Positions 13,788-26,569 of a stretch of DNA of 64,000 nt are shown in pieces. A program made the position numbers and the translations under genes. Under the pieces are notes generated by a model. The model was given only the letters and a program-made list of their open reading frames with translations, was not told where the DNA came from and did not search any database. Each line of letters opens with the position of its first letter. Within the stretch, counting starts at the first letter, position 1. The stretch comes from Leucoraja erinacea (taxonomy: Eukaryota), in contig NC_073395.1 in NCBI RefSeq assembly GCF_028641065.1, positions 35,402,001 to 35,466,000 of the forward strand. Direction: 5' to 3'.

Positions 13788-13812
13788 ATGTGTCATCAGA
13801 CCGGCATTCCAG
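13788..13812 (+). CDS. TWF1: Twinfilin-1 coding exon 1
   Basis: gcagtATG (A at -3) TGT CAT CAG ACC GGC ATT CCA G|gtactg = MCHQTGIP, compared with twinfilin MSHQTGI; 25 coding nt. Confidence 0.88.
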
Positions 13813-14935
13813 GTACTGTATCAAACAAAAAACCTCGCTGCTCTGTCTGGATCGCTTCAAAGTGAAAACTCACCGGCCTCAAATCTGTTGCTTTTTACAT
13901 TTGTGGCCACAGTCAGGTGGAAAACTATTAATCTCGTCCCTTTTAAGAACCTAATCCTTATTAAGTAGCTTTCAAATAATGTTTTGATGACTATCCGCAG
14001 AGGACGCGAAGTGATTTAAACAGGTGTGCTTTGCCTTAATGAGTCTAACAAAAATATCACATTATTAAGTCGTGTTAGTGCACAAACATTGATGACTTGG
14101 AATGGACAATATATTGAGAAGGACTTTCTGGATGAAACGACACCAAGGTCCTTCTAATGCCAATATATGATGCATTCTTCTTGACAGATAATGATATTTT
14201 TGTATCATTGTATACAAAAATAATTATTTTACTTTACTGAACCGGACAAATCAGATGCAAATAACAAAGTGTTGGAAAAAACTCAGTGGGTCAGGCAGCA
14301 TCTGGAGAGGAAGTGGTGGAATGATGTTTTGGGTTGAGTCCTTCAATACTGCCTGAATCCATCCACACATGCTGTCTGACTCACTGAGTTCCCCCAGCAA
14401 TTTGTTTTTTTTTTTACTCAAGATTCTGCAGAATCAACTTTATGGTATGTTTGAGTAATTGCCAACAAAACTTATTAACTATATATTTTGTGGTCATGGT
14501 TTTAAAAAATGCACTGGGAGCTCACCAGCTGGAGCCATCACAACCAAACCTGGCATTGGAAAACAACCTCTGGAATGTTCTAACCGAGTGTTAAAGTTAC
14601 TAATGGAGTTTTAGTATTATTTTTGTTACAGGTGTTTCTGTCATTTTCAAATGCTGGACATAAGATACAAATTGAGGGGATGCTTTAAGTGGTTGAAGTC
14701 CTAAAGAAGTTCAGAGTGAGAAAGGGCAATACTTGGAACACAAAAGATGGGGAAAATACTAAAGTGTGAGTTAGAAGTCCGAGTGAGGTCAAATGCAGAA
14801 GGTGTTAACAAATGTAGAACATTGGACAGGATGGAATAGCTGAAGATGGACTAGTTATTTTTATCGGGGGTGTTGAAAGTGTTTTTGTTGTTGTTCTGAG
14901 AAGGGCATTGGGAAAAGGGGGAGAGTGAGATGGGT

Positions 14936-15409
14936 TATAGAGTCATAGAGTAATACAGTGTGGAAAGAGGCCATTCGGCCCAACTCGCCCACACCGGCCA
15001 ACCATATCCCAGCTACACTAGTCCCACTTGCCTGCGCTTGGTCCATAACCCTCCAAACCTGTCCTATCCATGTACCTGTCTAACTGTTTCTTAAATAATG
15101 GGATAGTCCCAGCCTCAACTACCTCCTCTGGCAGCTTGTTCCATACACCCATACACATTGTGTGAAAAAGTTACTCCTCGGATTCCTATTAAATCTTTTC
15201 CCCTTCACCATGAACCTATGTCCTCTGGTCCTCGATTCCCTTAATCTGGGCAAAAGACTCTGTGCATCTACCCAATCTATTCCTCCCGTGATTTTGTATA
15301 CCTCCATAAGATCTCCCCTCATCCTCCTAAGGTCCATGGAATAGAGACCCAGCCTACTCAACCTCTCCTTATAGCTCACACCCTCTAGTACTGGCATCAT
15401 CCTCGTAAA
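14936..15409 (-). mobile_element. CR1 LINE 3' fragment
   Basis: Minus ORF with SYKERLSRLGLYSMDLRRMRGDLMEVYKI...RTRGH; (CTCTATGA)-like tail at the left end. Confidence 0.9.
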
Positions 15410-15448
15410 TGGTTGGTAATGGAAGCTTTGAAAGGAAGTCATAGTATG

Positions 15449-16170
15449 ATGCAGCGAGACCTGGGTGTCATGGTACACCAGTCATTGAAGGTAGGCATGC
15501 AGGTGCAGCAGGCAGTAAAGAAAGCGAATGGTATGTTAGCTTTCATTGCAAAAGGATTTGAGTATAGGAGCAGGGAGGTTCTACTGCAGTTGTACAGGGT
15601 CTTGGTGAGACCACACCTGGAGTATTGCGTACAGTTTTGGTCTCCAAATCTGAGGAAGGACATTATTGCCATAGAGGGAGTGCAGAGAAGGTTCACCAGA
15701 CTGATTCCTGGGATGTCTGGACTGTCTTATGAAGAAAGACTGGATAGACTTGGTTTATACTCTCTAGAATTTAGGAGATTGAGATGGGATCTTATAGAAA
15801 AGTATAACATTCTTAAGGGGCTGGACAGGCTAGATGCAGGAAGATTGTTCCCGATGTTGGGGAAGTCCAGGACAAGGGGTCACAGCTTAAGGATAAGGGG
15901 AAATCCTTTAAAAACCGAGATGAGAAGAACTTTTTTCACACAGAGAGCGGTGAATCTCTGGAACTCTCTGCCACAGAGGGTAGTTGAGGCCAGTTCATTG
16001 GCTATATTTAAGAGGGAGTTAGATGTGGCCCTTGTGGCTAAGGGGATCAGGGGGTATGGAGAGAAGTACGGGATACTGAGTTGGATGATCAGCCATGATC
16101 ATATTGAATGGCGGTGCAGGCTCGAAGAGCCGAATGGCCTACTCCTGCACCTAATTTCTATGTTTCTATG
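15449..16170 (+). mobile_element. CR1 LINE 3' fragment, young (uninterrupted ORF2 C-terminus)
   Basis: RDLGVMV...LVRPHLEYCVQFWSP...LRRLRWDLI...RTRGHSL...FFTQRAVNLWNSLP; tail (TTTCTATG)n. Nearly identical to 29911-30300. Confidence 0.95.
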
Positions 16171-16382
16171 TTGGAATTATATGAGAACATTAGTTATCGT
16201 GGAGATGGGAGGGAATGTTAACGGCAGTAAAGTAAAACTGGATTCATTAGGAGCACAATGGAAGGCACCTGAATGAAGAGGTTGCAGAGAAAACAAATGT
16301 TTAGGGTTGATCTGTGAACAAAATGTAGCCAGGTGGACCGTGAGAAGAGCGGGATATATTAAAGAACACCATTGAACAGGTA

Positions 16383-16760
16383 GGACACAAAGTGGTGGAG
16401 TAACTCAGTGGGTCAGGTAGCTCCTCTGGATAACAAACAACATTTCGGGTCAAGACCCTTCTTCAGACTGATGGGTGGGGGTAGGAGAATTTGTTTGAAA
16501 CAAAGGCCACAGTAAAAAGGTGTGAGACAGAATTGAAGAGATGTAAATTGCAAAGCTGGAGGGAGGAAAGTAGTGGGAAGAAATAGGTGGGAGTCTAGGT
16601 TGGGCAATGGGGAGGGAAGGGGGGAGAAATAGGGAGGTGTGGGGTCATGGTTAGTGGAGAGCTGGGATAAGCAGGAGATTGCCTAAAATTTGAGAATTTA
16701 CTACTCCTGCCATTGGGTGGTAAGCTAACCAGGTAGAATACAAGCTGCTGTTCCCGGAGC
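16383..16760 (-). mobile_element. Penelope-like element 3' fragment with pLTR
   Basis: Minus strand carries CTGAAGAAGGGTCTTGACCCGAAATG (pLTR/hammerhead-like), next to a purine-rich stretch shared with the other Penelope fragments. Confidence 0.6.
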
Positions 16761-17394
16761 TATCAGAGGTACAAAACTGTTCCAGTCCCATCTTTGCGCA
16801 GAGTTCAATGGTTCAAGTCAGTGAATCTCTACCACTTTCCTCTGGTGATTAGTAACTAGCAACAAAAGCTGGCATTGGCAGTTGTATCTGTATCCCAGGA
16901 TTGAACAAGAAAAATAAGCAGTTGCATCAGACACAAGCTTCAGTTTGGTAATATTTCACTAGTTACTATTAATATATTTGGCCCTTTAAATATAACCACA
17001 AAACAGTCTGGCCCTGGCTCACTGCAGGTGAAAATAAGGGAAATCCAGTTGCCATGTCTGAAGAAGGATCCCGACTCGAAACATCACTTATCCATGTTCT
17101 CTAGAGATGCTGTCTGACAAGCTGAATTATTCTGCATTTTATATTTCTTTGTATTTTTAAAATATTTAGTTGCAAAGAATGGAGCTTGGTTGTTCTGTTT
17201 ACAATTGTTTACTTTATTTGTGCTTTTTAGTTGTGTCTTTGTCTCGGTTGATAATACTCCAGTCTCTGTGTTGTGTTCAAGAACACACATTGCCCCTGCA
17301 TTCTCAAAAGTGTTTTCATTTGCGTAAGATATAAACTAAAGTGGAATGAGAGGCGAGCTCCTAGCAACCTGGCTAACATTTCTCCCATGGGCTA

Positions 17395-17735
17395 AACACA
17401 AAGTGCTGGAGTAACTTTAGTGGGTCAGGCAGTACCTGTGGAGGGAATGAATGGGCAACATTTTAGGTCAGGACCCTTCTTCAGACCAATAATCAAGATT
17501 TCAGTATCAGTAGTTCCTTGTGTCTCATTTTTCCCATGGCCAATGACAAGAAAATAGATCACCTGGCCATTTATTTGAGTTCTATATATTCCTGCAGTAC
17601 AATATTGATGGATTTCAAATGATAATCCATTAGTTCTAATCATGGTTATGTCCGAAGAAGGGTCTCGACACGAAACGTCACCCATTCTTTCTTGTCAGAG
17701 ATGCTGCCTGACCCACTGAGTTATTCCAGCTTCTT
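17395..17735. repeat. Inverted pair of Penelope pLTR-like repeats
   Basis: ACACAAAGTGCTGGAGTAACT... on the left and ...GAGTTATTCCAGCTTCTTGTGT on the right; hammerhead-like GAAGAAGGGTCTCGACACGAAACGTC near 17654-17679. Confidence 0.6.
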
Positions 17736-19249
17736 GTGTCTGTCTAAAGTTGTAATCAGGGTGCAGTTGGCCTTGGGATGCGATATACTTGTAATTGTAA
17801 AACACAAGTTAACCCTTCAAAGTAAGGGGCACAATATTTTGGCTGCAGACCCAGGATTGGAGCTCTTCGAGAAACTTGTCTAGGATGTTAACTTGTCTCT
17901 TTTCTCCATATGAGTCTGGTCTGTGGAATGTTTCCGATATTCTTTGTTTCAAGTTTCCAGCTTTTTCAATATTTCTGTTTGGTCTTTGGTCTCGGAGTTA
18001 GGAATTGTTTTCCCAAAGTTTTACACAATGCTGTTAGGTCCTCACTACAACTATATAAAACTGGTCATGAATGGTCATGAATGGTTTCTAATATTTCACC
18101 CACTTCACTTATTTATTACATTCAGTGTCAGTAATGGAGAAAATATAATTACCGGTATATCAAATGTTGTTATTTCAGTTGAAATTTAATCTGGTAGTTG
18201 TTAGTGTCAATTCTATTTCCAGATTATTCAAAGATCTTGCCCTATCTTATACTATAGGCATTATTTCCTTCTTTGGAGACATTTTGGTCTTGCAATAATA
18301 TGATTAGTTGAATCGCCCCACCAATACAGCAACAATTTATATGTGGGATGTAACAGAGACTCACAATCAATTATTTACGTGGCCAGTATCATGACTGAAT
18401 CTTAACCTGTCCTCTCCTTTCGTGTATGAGATATTCAGATTGATGTTACTGTGCACATACTGGAAGATCTTGCATGTGATGTTCTCAAAATCCGGATGCA
18501 GCATATGAACAATGTAATTATGGGTAGATTATGAATTGCAACTATCATCGTGATTATTAGGAAAACAACATTGACGTAGTTTAAAATGTGAGCATATGTT
18601 CATAACAAAAATCATTTATCATCATGCCTTGTTCAAGCCTGTTTTGGTAATGTTGTGGGTAAATCATACCAGCTATGACGTACCTGCTGCACCTGCGCTG
18701 GGTAATAAAGGAACATTGTTGTCATCCCTGACTTGGTACACTTTTATTTTCAATTATTATTTTCCACTGTAGCCTTCTGGGATTTCACATGTTAGTGCCT
18801 GAATTAATTTGAATTATCCAGTAGGGTTCCGTATTGGGGGGATTTTGGAATTAATGACAGATCGGATTATATTTTACCTCCATTGTTTGGATACCCCTGA
18901 TCTAATTTTCTTATCCTCAAATCTTGTAGGCTTTGTAATTGTTGAATTATGACCTGGGCTGTTTCACCAATAATTTGTGAATTTAATACTCCATTGGCTC
19001 CTGTGACTATTACATTTTTTCAACCTCCTGTTCTAAGTTCTCTGATAATTTTAAATTGCGTCCACTTTTTGCAACTTATCATTCCGTGGGATGCTCTGCT
19101 CCATTTTCTATATCTATTCCTTTGTGATATAATTCCTGTGGCTCTCCGTGAGTTATTATAGACAAACATATATTTGTTGGTCTACACAGTCATCTGGACT
19201 ATACTTTCTCCCAACCTTGCAATAACACCATCAATTTATCCTTCTTTGC

Positions 19250-19800
19250 TGTATCTGCCCCCAAGATGTGGCTTTCACTCCAGGACATCTGAGATGTCAT
19301 CTAGTAAACATGGTTTCTCTCTTGCTGTTGGGGTTGGGTCCATCATCCATGTCACTACTGAGTCTCACAATTCTGTGTTCGCTTCCCACCCCCACCCCCC
19401 CCCCCCCACCCCTTTCAGAGCAAGGATCAAGTTCCCCTGGTCATAGCCTTTCACGCCACAACCTCTGCATCAAACACATAATTTTCTGACATCTCCACCA
19501 ACTGCATCATGATCCCACCACCAGTCACATCTTCCTGTCCCCATCCCTTTTTTGCTTTCACTAGAAACCAATCCCTCTGTAACTGCTTGGAGCTCCCATC
19601 CTTTCCTACCCTAACTGCTTCCTCCCCAGGTTTAGTCGGCAAAGCCGCTGGAGACGTAACACCTGTCGCAATACCACCTCCCTCGCCTCCATCCAGCGAG
19701 GTGACCGATTTGCCAAACACTTGCGCTCGGTCTGCAAAGGCCTGCTGAATTTCTTATTGCTGATAATTATTTTAATTCCCCTTCCTATGGCCAGGCAAGT
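19250..19800 (+). mobile_element. Penelope-like element fragment
   Basis: Homologous to 28380-29035 (QHIILxHFxxLxxDPTTSHIFP-like and RFAKHLRSV motifs); heavily degraded. Confidence 0.65.
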
Positions 19801-19959
19801 GATGGGTCGATATAGGTGAGGAGAGATTTGATCGGCAAATGGTAGGGTAAAGGCTAGAGATAAAAAGAGTGACGAAGAAGCAAAAGAGTGTAAGATAAGA
19901 AGTGAATTAGGAATGAAATTTAAAGCCAGAGGGTTGGATATAAGTGGGAAAGGACGGGT

Positions 19960-20000
<41 letters not shown>

Positions 20001-21179
20001 GAAAGGAGGGGGGGGGGGAGGGGGAAAACGAAAGGTGGGGCAGGAGGGTGGCATAAATGAGTATACATTGAGTTACTCCAGCACTTTGCTTTTTACTCAT
20101 TCTAATATCTGAATTTCCTTATATCTCCTTTATACACTTGTTAGGCTTCCAAATTATATCTCTCTCTTTCCATTGCATTTTATGCAGTTTGTAATTCTAA
20201 CTGTGGTTAGAAAATTTTAAACCAGTTAATTTCTCATTGCAACTTTATTATGCCGACCATTCTAATCAATCTCCTAGGAACGATACAATAATGTTTTTAT
20301 GTTTCCTAGAAAGTTTCCTGATGTCTCCTGGCACAGTTTGACAATGTGTGAGCATGTTAACGAGCCATTCTGCTACGTGATGAAAGCTTTGAATGCAATG
20401 GGACCTGAGTGCATTCTTTGGTTGTTTCTCAGTGGGTTTTGTGGGGATTGTTTACAAGTTGCCTAAAGAAAGGGTGATCTTCTGTACCTGCTGCTTTGCT
20501 GACACCTAAAGCAAAGTTTGACTTGTACCTCTAAATGTGGTGATTGATTCTCTCAATGAACAACAGAGATTATTGGACTGCGTTTCAAAGTATTGCCACT
20601 GGTTACTATGGTAACTGGAAAGATTTTTTTTGCTGATCTTTTGTGCCAAATCCAACAGAAAGTGTTTGTATGTACTCAAGAGCTGTATATCTCAGAACAA
20701 TTTCTTTGCTTCAGAATTACCAAGATAAAATAGATATTTTAGTCCAGTTTATTTGTGTACGAGGTCATTAAAACTAATGAGATTGAAAATGCATCATGGA
20801 ATATTCAAAATTATCTTCAGACCACCCCTTCAAACAAGAAGTCTGCTATTTGTCCTTGTGGATAAAGACTAAAACAAGTCTGGGCAGTATAGTGGGTCTT
20901 GAGGAATAGAACCATGCAGGGCCGGCCTTAAGCCGATTGGACCGATTGCTTTCAATTGGGCCCCGCGCCTTAGGGGGGCCTCGCACTAATGTTCCTTATT
21001 TCGTACAGAAATACAAATTCACTTTGTTAAATAAAGCTTTTTTAAAAAAACATTCGCCATCCGGATTTTTAAAAAATACGATCATGGATAACAACCGTTG
21101 CACGGCCATCAGACACAAACAATTTGTTAACTACTACTGTTAGCACTTGCTAACAGCCAGTAGTTAACAAGTAGTTATA

Positions 21180-21352
21180 CAATATGTCATCAATACATCG
21201 ATCCACATTCCTCAGTAAATGTAATTGTGTTTTGAACAAGTATTAATGACGCTGCGTTCCTTTGAATAAAATTCATGCGGCGTCATTAATACTTGTTCAA
21301 AACACAATTACATTTACTGAGGAATGTAGATCGATGCATTGATGACACATTG
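21180..21352. repeat. Long near-perfect inverted repeat (76-nt arms, 21-nt spacer)
   Basis: 21180-21255 is the reverse complement of 21277-21352 with 4 mismatches. Confidence 0.92.
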
Positions 21353-22613
21353 AGAATTTCTTAAAACTCACCATCATGATTGAGGGCTCCGGACCGCGAG
21401 AAGGGGCTTCTCCTTGGTGTGCAGGTTAGTCATTCACCTACCGCCCATGTTGTGTCTCTCTGTCTTTCGCTCTCTCCCTCCCTCTCTCTCTCGTGCTCTC
21501 TCTCTTCCGCTCCCCATCTCATCTCTCTCTAGCTCTCTCACTCCCTCTCTCTCACCCTGTCGCCTCGGCATTCCCGGAATCATTGACGTTTTGCGGTACA
21601 CAAAAATGCTGGAGAAACTCAGTGGATGAGGCAGCCGCCTTGCCCGCTGAGTTCCTCCAGCACTCTGTGTTTTTTGTTTGGCTCTGAAGTTGAAGGTGGC
21701 TCAGCGGGACAGGCATGAGCTCTGGGGAGAGGGTTGCGTTTCTGGTTGAGACCCTTCTTCAGCCAATCACAAGTACTCTCACCGACGAGAGTCTGTAAGA
21801 AGGGTCTTCCCTCCAGAGTCGCCACGCTGCCTGTCCTGTTGAGTCACTCCAGCTTTATGTCTATCTTCAATTTCAGAGAAACAAAATTTCTCACGGGGGG
21901 CTTATAGCATCTACCCTCCCCCTTCCCAACTAACCCTAGTTCCTAAAACCCATTTCCATCACTGTTCATGTTATACTTATAATGCAGCGTCCAGGCTTGA
22001 AGTGATTCTGTGAAACAAAAAGATAAAGCGCTGGTTTCAGTCCAACAGCAGCCTGAAGCACTTCAGCCTCTTCGCCCTGTGACCAGCTGTTTCAAGTTTT
22101 GTGCTGCTGTTGGACTAAAACCAGCTCTTTATCTTTTTGTTTCACCCCCTGTCCGTCCACATTCATCTCCCTCTCCCCCACCTTCCTCCCTTGGTGCCTG
22201 CTGCTTTGGTGGGTCATACATTGCCTGTTAACCACTGATTTATTTTCAAGTGGTCAGTGCAAAGTCTGCCCTCTTAAAAACTAGTATCGTTGTCAAAAGT
22301 GACTTGCTTCGTGAAAATGGGCATTTGTAAAATTAAACCCCAGTGTCCTCTAAGCTACGTGTTACTGTATTGTTCAATATTCTTGCTAAATGTCATATTA
22401 TCATTTTAATGCTGCGTGTGCTTCAGCATGGGCCATCAATTAGTTATATCGCAGCAGAACATAGTATTAAATCGCAAGCGACTGCAGATGTGCAGATCTT
22501 GAGCAAAAAAAACAAACCGCTAGAGGAATATTGAGTCACACCATTTAGTGAAGCCACCTAACAAAGGGTTGCTCTTTGGAGGCAAATAGTCACTTCCTGA
22601 CTAACTGCTGACT

Positions 22614-24425
22614 TTTTAAAATTTTATTTATTTATTTCTTTATTAGAAGCAAACACATATTATAAAAATGTCATGTATATCAATACTACATTATTAATAT
22701 TATCAATTGTGGGTTGATTCCGCTTCTAGTTATTTTTTAAAGACGAAGTAAGAGAGAAAGAGGGGAAAAAAAACACTAATGTCAAGATAAAAAAAAGAAT
22801 GTAAAGATTTACTAATAATACATCTTTGGAGATAGGTTCGTGGATTATAAAGTATAACTTTTCATCTAATCCTGAGTTCAAGCTTCAGTAAGGTTCCCGT
22901 GCTGCACCAATCTACCCCTTCAAATAGTCAATGAATGGAGATCATATTCTAACAAAAAGTTCTTGTTTGTCCATTAAGACAAATCTGATTCTTTCCAGGT
23001 GTAGGGTCTCCGACATTTCCATGGCTTTTTGTGAGTGTTAGACTTTGTTCTGATATGCCAAGTATTATTAGTTTTGAAACGGGATCTAATTTAGTATTGA
23101 TAACTTCAGAAATTATTCTAAAAATATCAATCCAGAAATTTTTGATTTTTATACAGTTTACAAAAGTATGTGCTAGGTTAGCCTCTAGATGCTGACATTT
23201 ATCACAGATAGGAAAGATATGTGGGAAAATTCTATTTAGTTTTGTTTTAGAGTAATGTAATCTGTGTAATACTTTAAATTGTATTAAAGCATGTCTGGCA
23301 TTTAACGAGCATTGATGTATATATTGTGAACTTTCATCCCAAATATCTTTTGTTATACGTTGGCCTAATTCATTTTCCCATGTGTGTCTATATAATTCCA
23401 TCGATGGAAACTCGGTATCTAAGAGGATGTTATAAATATATGCTATTAATTTTTCTGTATTAGTATGTTTGTTCAAACATTCATCAAGGATTTCTGGTTC
23501 CCTAGTCCTATAATCTTGTGTATTAGATTTAACATGATCTCTAAGTTGTAGATATCTGAAAAAGTTATTTGAATGTAAACAGTAGATCTGTTGTAACTCC
23601 TGAAATGAGAGAAAAGTGCCTTTCCTATAAAGATGTAGCATATTTTTAATTCCACAATTTTTCCATTGTGTAAAACCTTTATCCAATGTGGATGGTTTAA
23701 ATAAAGGATTGTTTACAATGGGGAAACAGAGTGATATATTATTCAATTTTAAAGCCCTTTTTAATTGTTTCCAGATTCATATGCCACTATGTATTATAGG
23801 GTTTTCCCTTTAGGTTTTTTGGTTCTGGTTGCTGATCCATTTCTTCCAGCCAGAAATTCATGTTTTTAATTTGGACTGCCCAAAATATAAACAGAAAATT
23901 TGGTAAGGCTAAACCTCCACTTGTCTTTGATTTACATACATGTTTTTTGCTTATTCTATGATTCTTATTATCCCAGATGAAGCTTGTAACAATAGAATCG
24001 ACCTTGGGAGATATATTGATTGGAATAGGTAAAGTAACTGTGGTAAAAAGATCATTTTTATAGCATTAATTCTACCAAACATTGAAATGGGAAGTGTTTT
24101 CCAATACTGCATATTCTTATGTAGTTTATTCAGTAAAGGTGGAAAGTTAAATTTAAATAAAGAAGTATATGTCTTAGTTACATAAATTCCTAAATATTTA
24201 AATTTTTCCTTCACTATTTTAAAAGGGGATTGTTGTAGTGTGTGTAAATTAAGTTCTGTTATTGGCATGATTTCGCTTTTATTCCAATTAATTCTATATC
24301 CAGAAAATTGACCAAATTGAGTTATTAGATTTAGTAAATTTGGAATGCTAATTTCTGGCTTTGTAATATGTATTAATACATCATCTGCATATAAAGAGAT
24401 TTTATTAATTGTGTCTTTAGTATTT
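22614..24425 (-). mobile_element. L1-clade LINE, 5'-truncated
   Basis: Minus ORFs KFKYLGIYV...GRINAIKMIFLPQLLYLF and QFKVLHRLHY...CDKCQHLEANLAHTFVNC (L1 ORF2 C-terminus, CCHC). A-rich tail. TSD ACTGCTGACT at 22604-22613 and 24426-24435. Confidence 0.9.
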
Positions 24426-24504
24426 ACTGCTGACTCTTTTTAACTTGGCGCAGAGTGCAATGGTTATCTGTTTTCTATTGCACAAATGCATGAGTGAAGA
24501 ATCG

Positions 24505-25332
24505 AGTCGATTGGCCTCATCAGCAACAACGATGAGTTGGCCTACAGGGAGGAGGTCCAGCACTTAGCAGCATGGTGCGCTGACAACAACCTGGCCCTTA
24601 ACTCCAAGAAGGCCAAGGAGCTCATTGTAGACTTCAGGAAGTCCAGAGGCGGCATGCACACCCCCATCCACATTAACGGGACGGAGGTGGAACGTGTTTC
24701 TAGCTTCAGGTTCCTGAGAGTCAACATCTCCGATGACCTCTCTTGGACCCACAATACCTCTACTCTGATCAAGAAGGCTCATCAGCGTCTCTTCTTCCTG
24801 AGGAGACTGAAGAAGGTCCATCTGTCTCCTCAGATCCTGGTGAACTTCTACCGCTGCACCATCGAGAGCATCCTTACCAACTGCATCACAGTATGGTATG
24901 GCAACTGCTCTGTCTCCGACCGGAAGGCATTGCAGAGGGTGGTGAAAATTGCCCAACGCATCACCGGTTCCTCGCTCCCCTCCATTGAGTCTGTCCAAAG
25001 CAAGCGCTGTCTGCGGAGGGCGCTCAGCATCGCCAAGGACTGCTCTCACCCCAACCATGGACTGTTTACCCTCCTACCATCCGGGAGGCGCTAAAGGTCT
25101 CTCCGTTGCCGAACCAGCAGGTCGAGGAACAGCTTCTTCCCGGCGGCTGTCACTCTACTCAACAACGTACCTCGGTGACTGCCAATCACCACCCCCCCCC
25201 CAGACACATTATTATTTATTCAAATCATGTGCTATGTCGCTCTTCCAGGGAGATGCTAAATGCATTTCGTTGTCTCTGTACTGTACACTGACAATGACAA
25301 TTAAAATTGAATCTGAATCTGAATCTGAATCT
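24505..25332 (+). mobile_element. Rex1/Babar-type LINE 3' fragment
   Basis: WCADNNLALNSKKAKELIVDFRK...KKAHQRLFFLRRLKK...FYRCTIESILT...LFTLLPSGRR; (GAATCT)n tail at about 25309-25332. Confidence 0.9.
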
Positions 25333-26569
25333 GAGTCAAGAATGTATAATTGTCATGTGCACCCACAACAGAACAATGAAATTCTTATTTGCAACAGCAT
25401 AACAGGCGTGTAAACACAATACTCATAGAATATGAGAACGTATGAGAAACGACAAAATTCAATAACTTAACCCTATTACTGATGCAAAAAAGCTCAGGGT
25501 GCCCCATCAAATCTTATCAATCGCTTGCTAATCGCATGACTGCGTCCAACCGCTGACTGGTTTGTTGATCGTATTGCTAGATATGAACTGTTTTGGGAGA
25601 GAAAAATGCTCACGGCAGACCAAACGTGTTAAACAGAAATTGGTTAGATACTGAGCTTTACACAGTGAGAAATCATGTGAAATAATCACTGACTTTTATT
25701 TTAAATGAATGTACCTGCATGTTATACTGTTTAGTTTGGAGCGAGATAGTCCACTGAGTTCGCCCAGACCAGCGTTTTTTGTTTTCCTATTTGTCAATTT
25801 TTTTGTGCCTGATTATTTGATGGCCAATTAATCGCTGTCTCTACGGGGGTTGCGTCCAATCACCAACCAGCTTGCCTTAAAATTCCCGTCCAATCAACAA
25901 ATAGGTCTCCTCCCGTCCAATCAGTCGCTGTCTCCAAGGGCATTGTGTCCAATCACATAATGCAGTTTATGGTAATTAACAGCCACGGTAAAGGTTGGAA
26001 GCCAGCGGAGGTACTGACAGTCAAATGGGAGCAGGAGAGATTCAGACAGTGTATAATCCATAGCACCTCAGCGTACAATTTCATAATATATTCTAAATAA
26101 CAGGGCTGACAGACCTTGACTGGGAACCTGGGGCTCACCATAATTGTTCCCAATTGGGCCCGACACCCCCTAAGGCCGGCCCTGGAACCATGACCTAGGA
26201 GTCCACACACACTTACGCTGGAGTTCCCAGCCTTGGGCTATTTTAACAGAACAAATGTAACATTGTGATATTTTACAGATGCAATTTCATATTTACTGCT
26301 GTAACTGATCAGATTGTTAATAATTTGCTTTTTGTTAATGTAAATCATTCAAAAAAATAAGAAAAGGCTATATTGATCTTTCAGAATAATCTTCCAGGTG
26401 ATAGTCATGTTCTGAAATTTCATGTCCTGCTGAATGACTTACTGAGTATTTTCAGCCATCTCAGATATCTATTATCTGTAGTCTTTTTTATATTCATTTA
26501 GTTTTTATTGGTTTACAGTCTACATTATTTGTCTTTATGTTAGCAATAACTTTTAAGGATATAGAATAA

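Larger units (their letters stand above)
20917..26184. mobile_element. hAT-superfamily element (CAGGGCCGG ends) with nested insertions
   Basis: TIRs CAGGGCCGGCCTTA / TAAGGCCGGCCCTG. 8-bp TSD GAACCATG at 20909-20916 and 26185-26192. No transposase ORF seen. Confidence 0.88.

Noticed and set aside
15413-16276. 287-aa ORF as a host gene
   Set aside because: It is the CR1 ORF2 C-terminus reading into the element 3' UTR and flank.
19959-20040. Long G homopolymers (also C runs at about 7707, 27537 and 51445)
   Set aside because: Simple runs, mostly within repeat remnants; lengths are unreliable in assemblies and there is no evidence of function.
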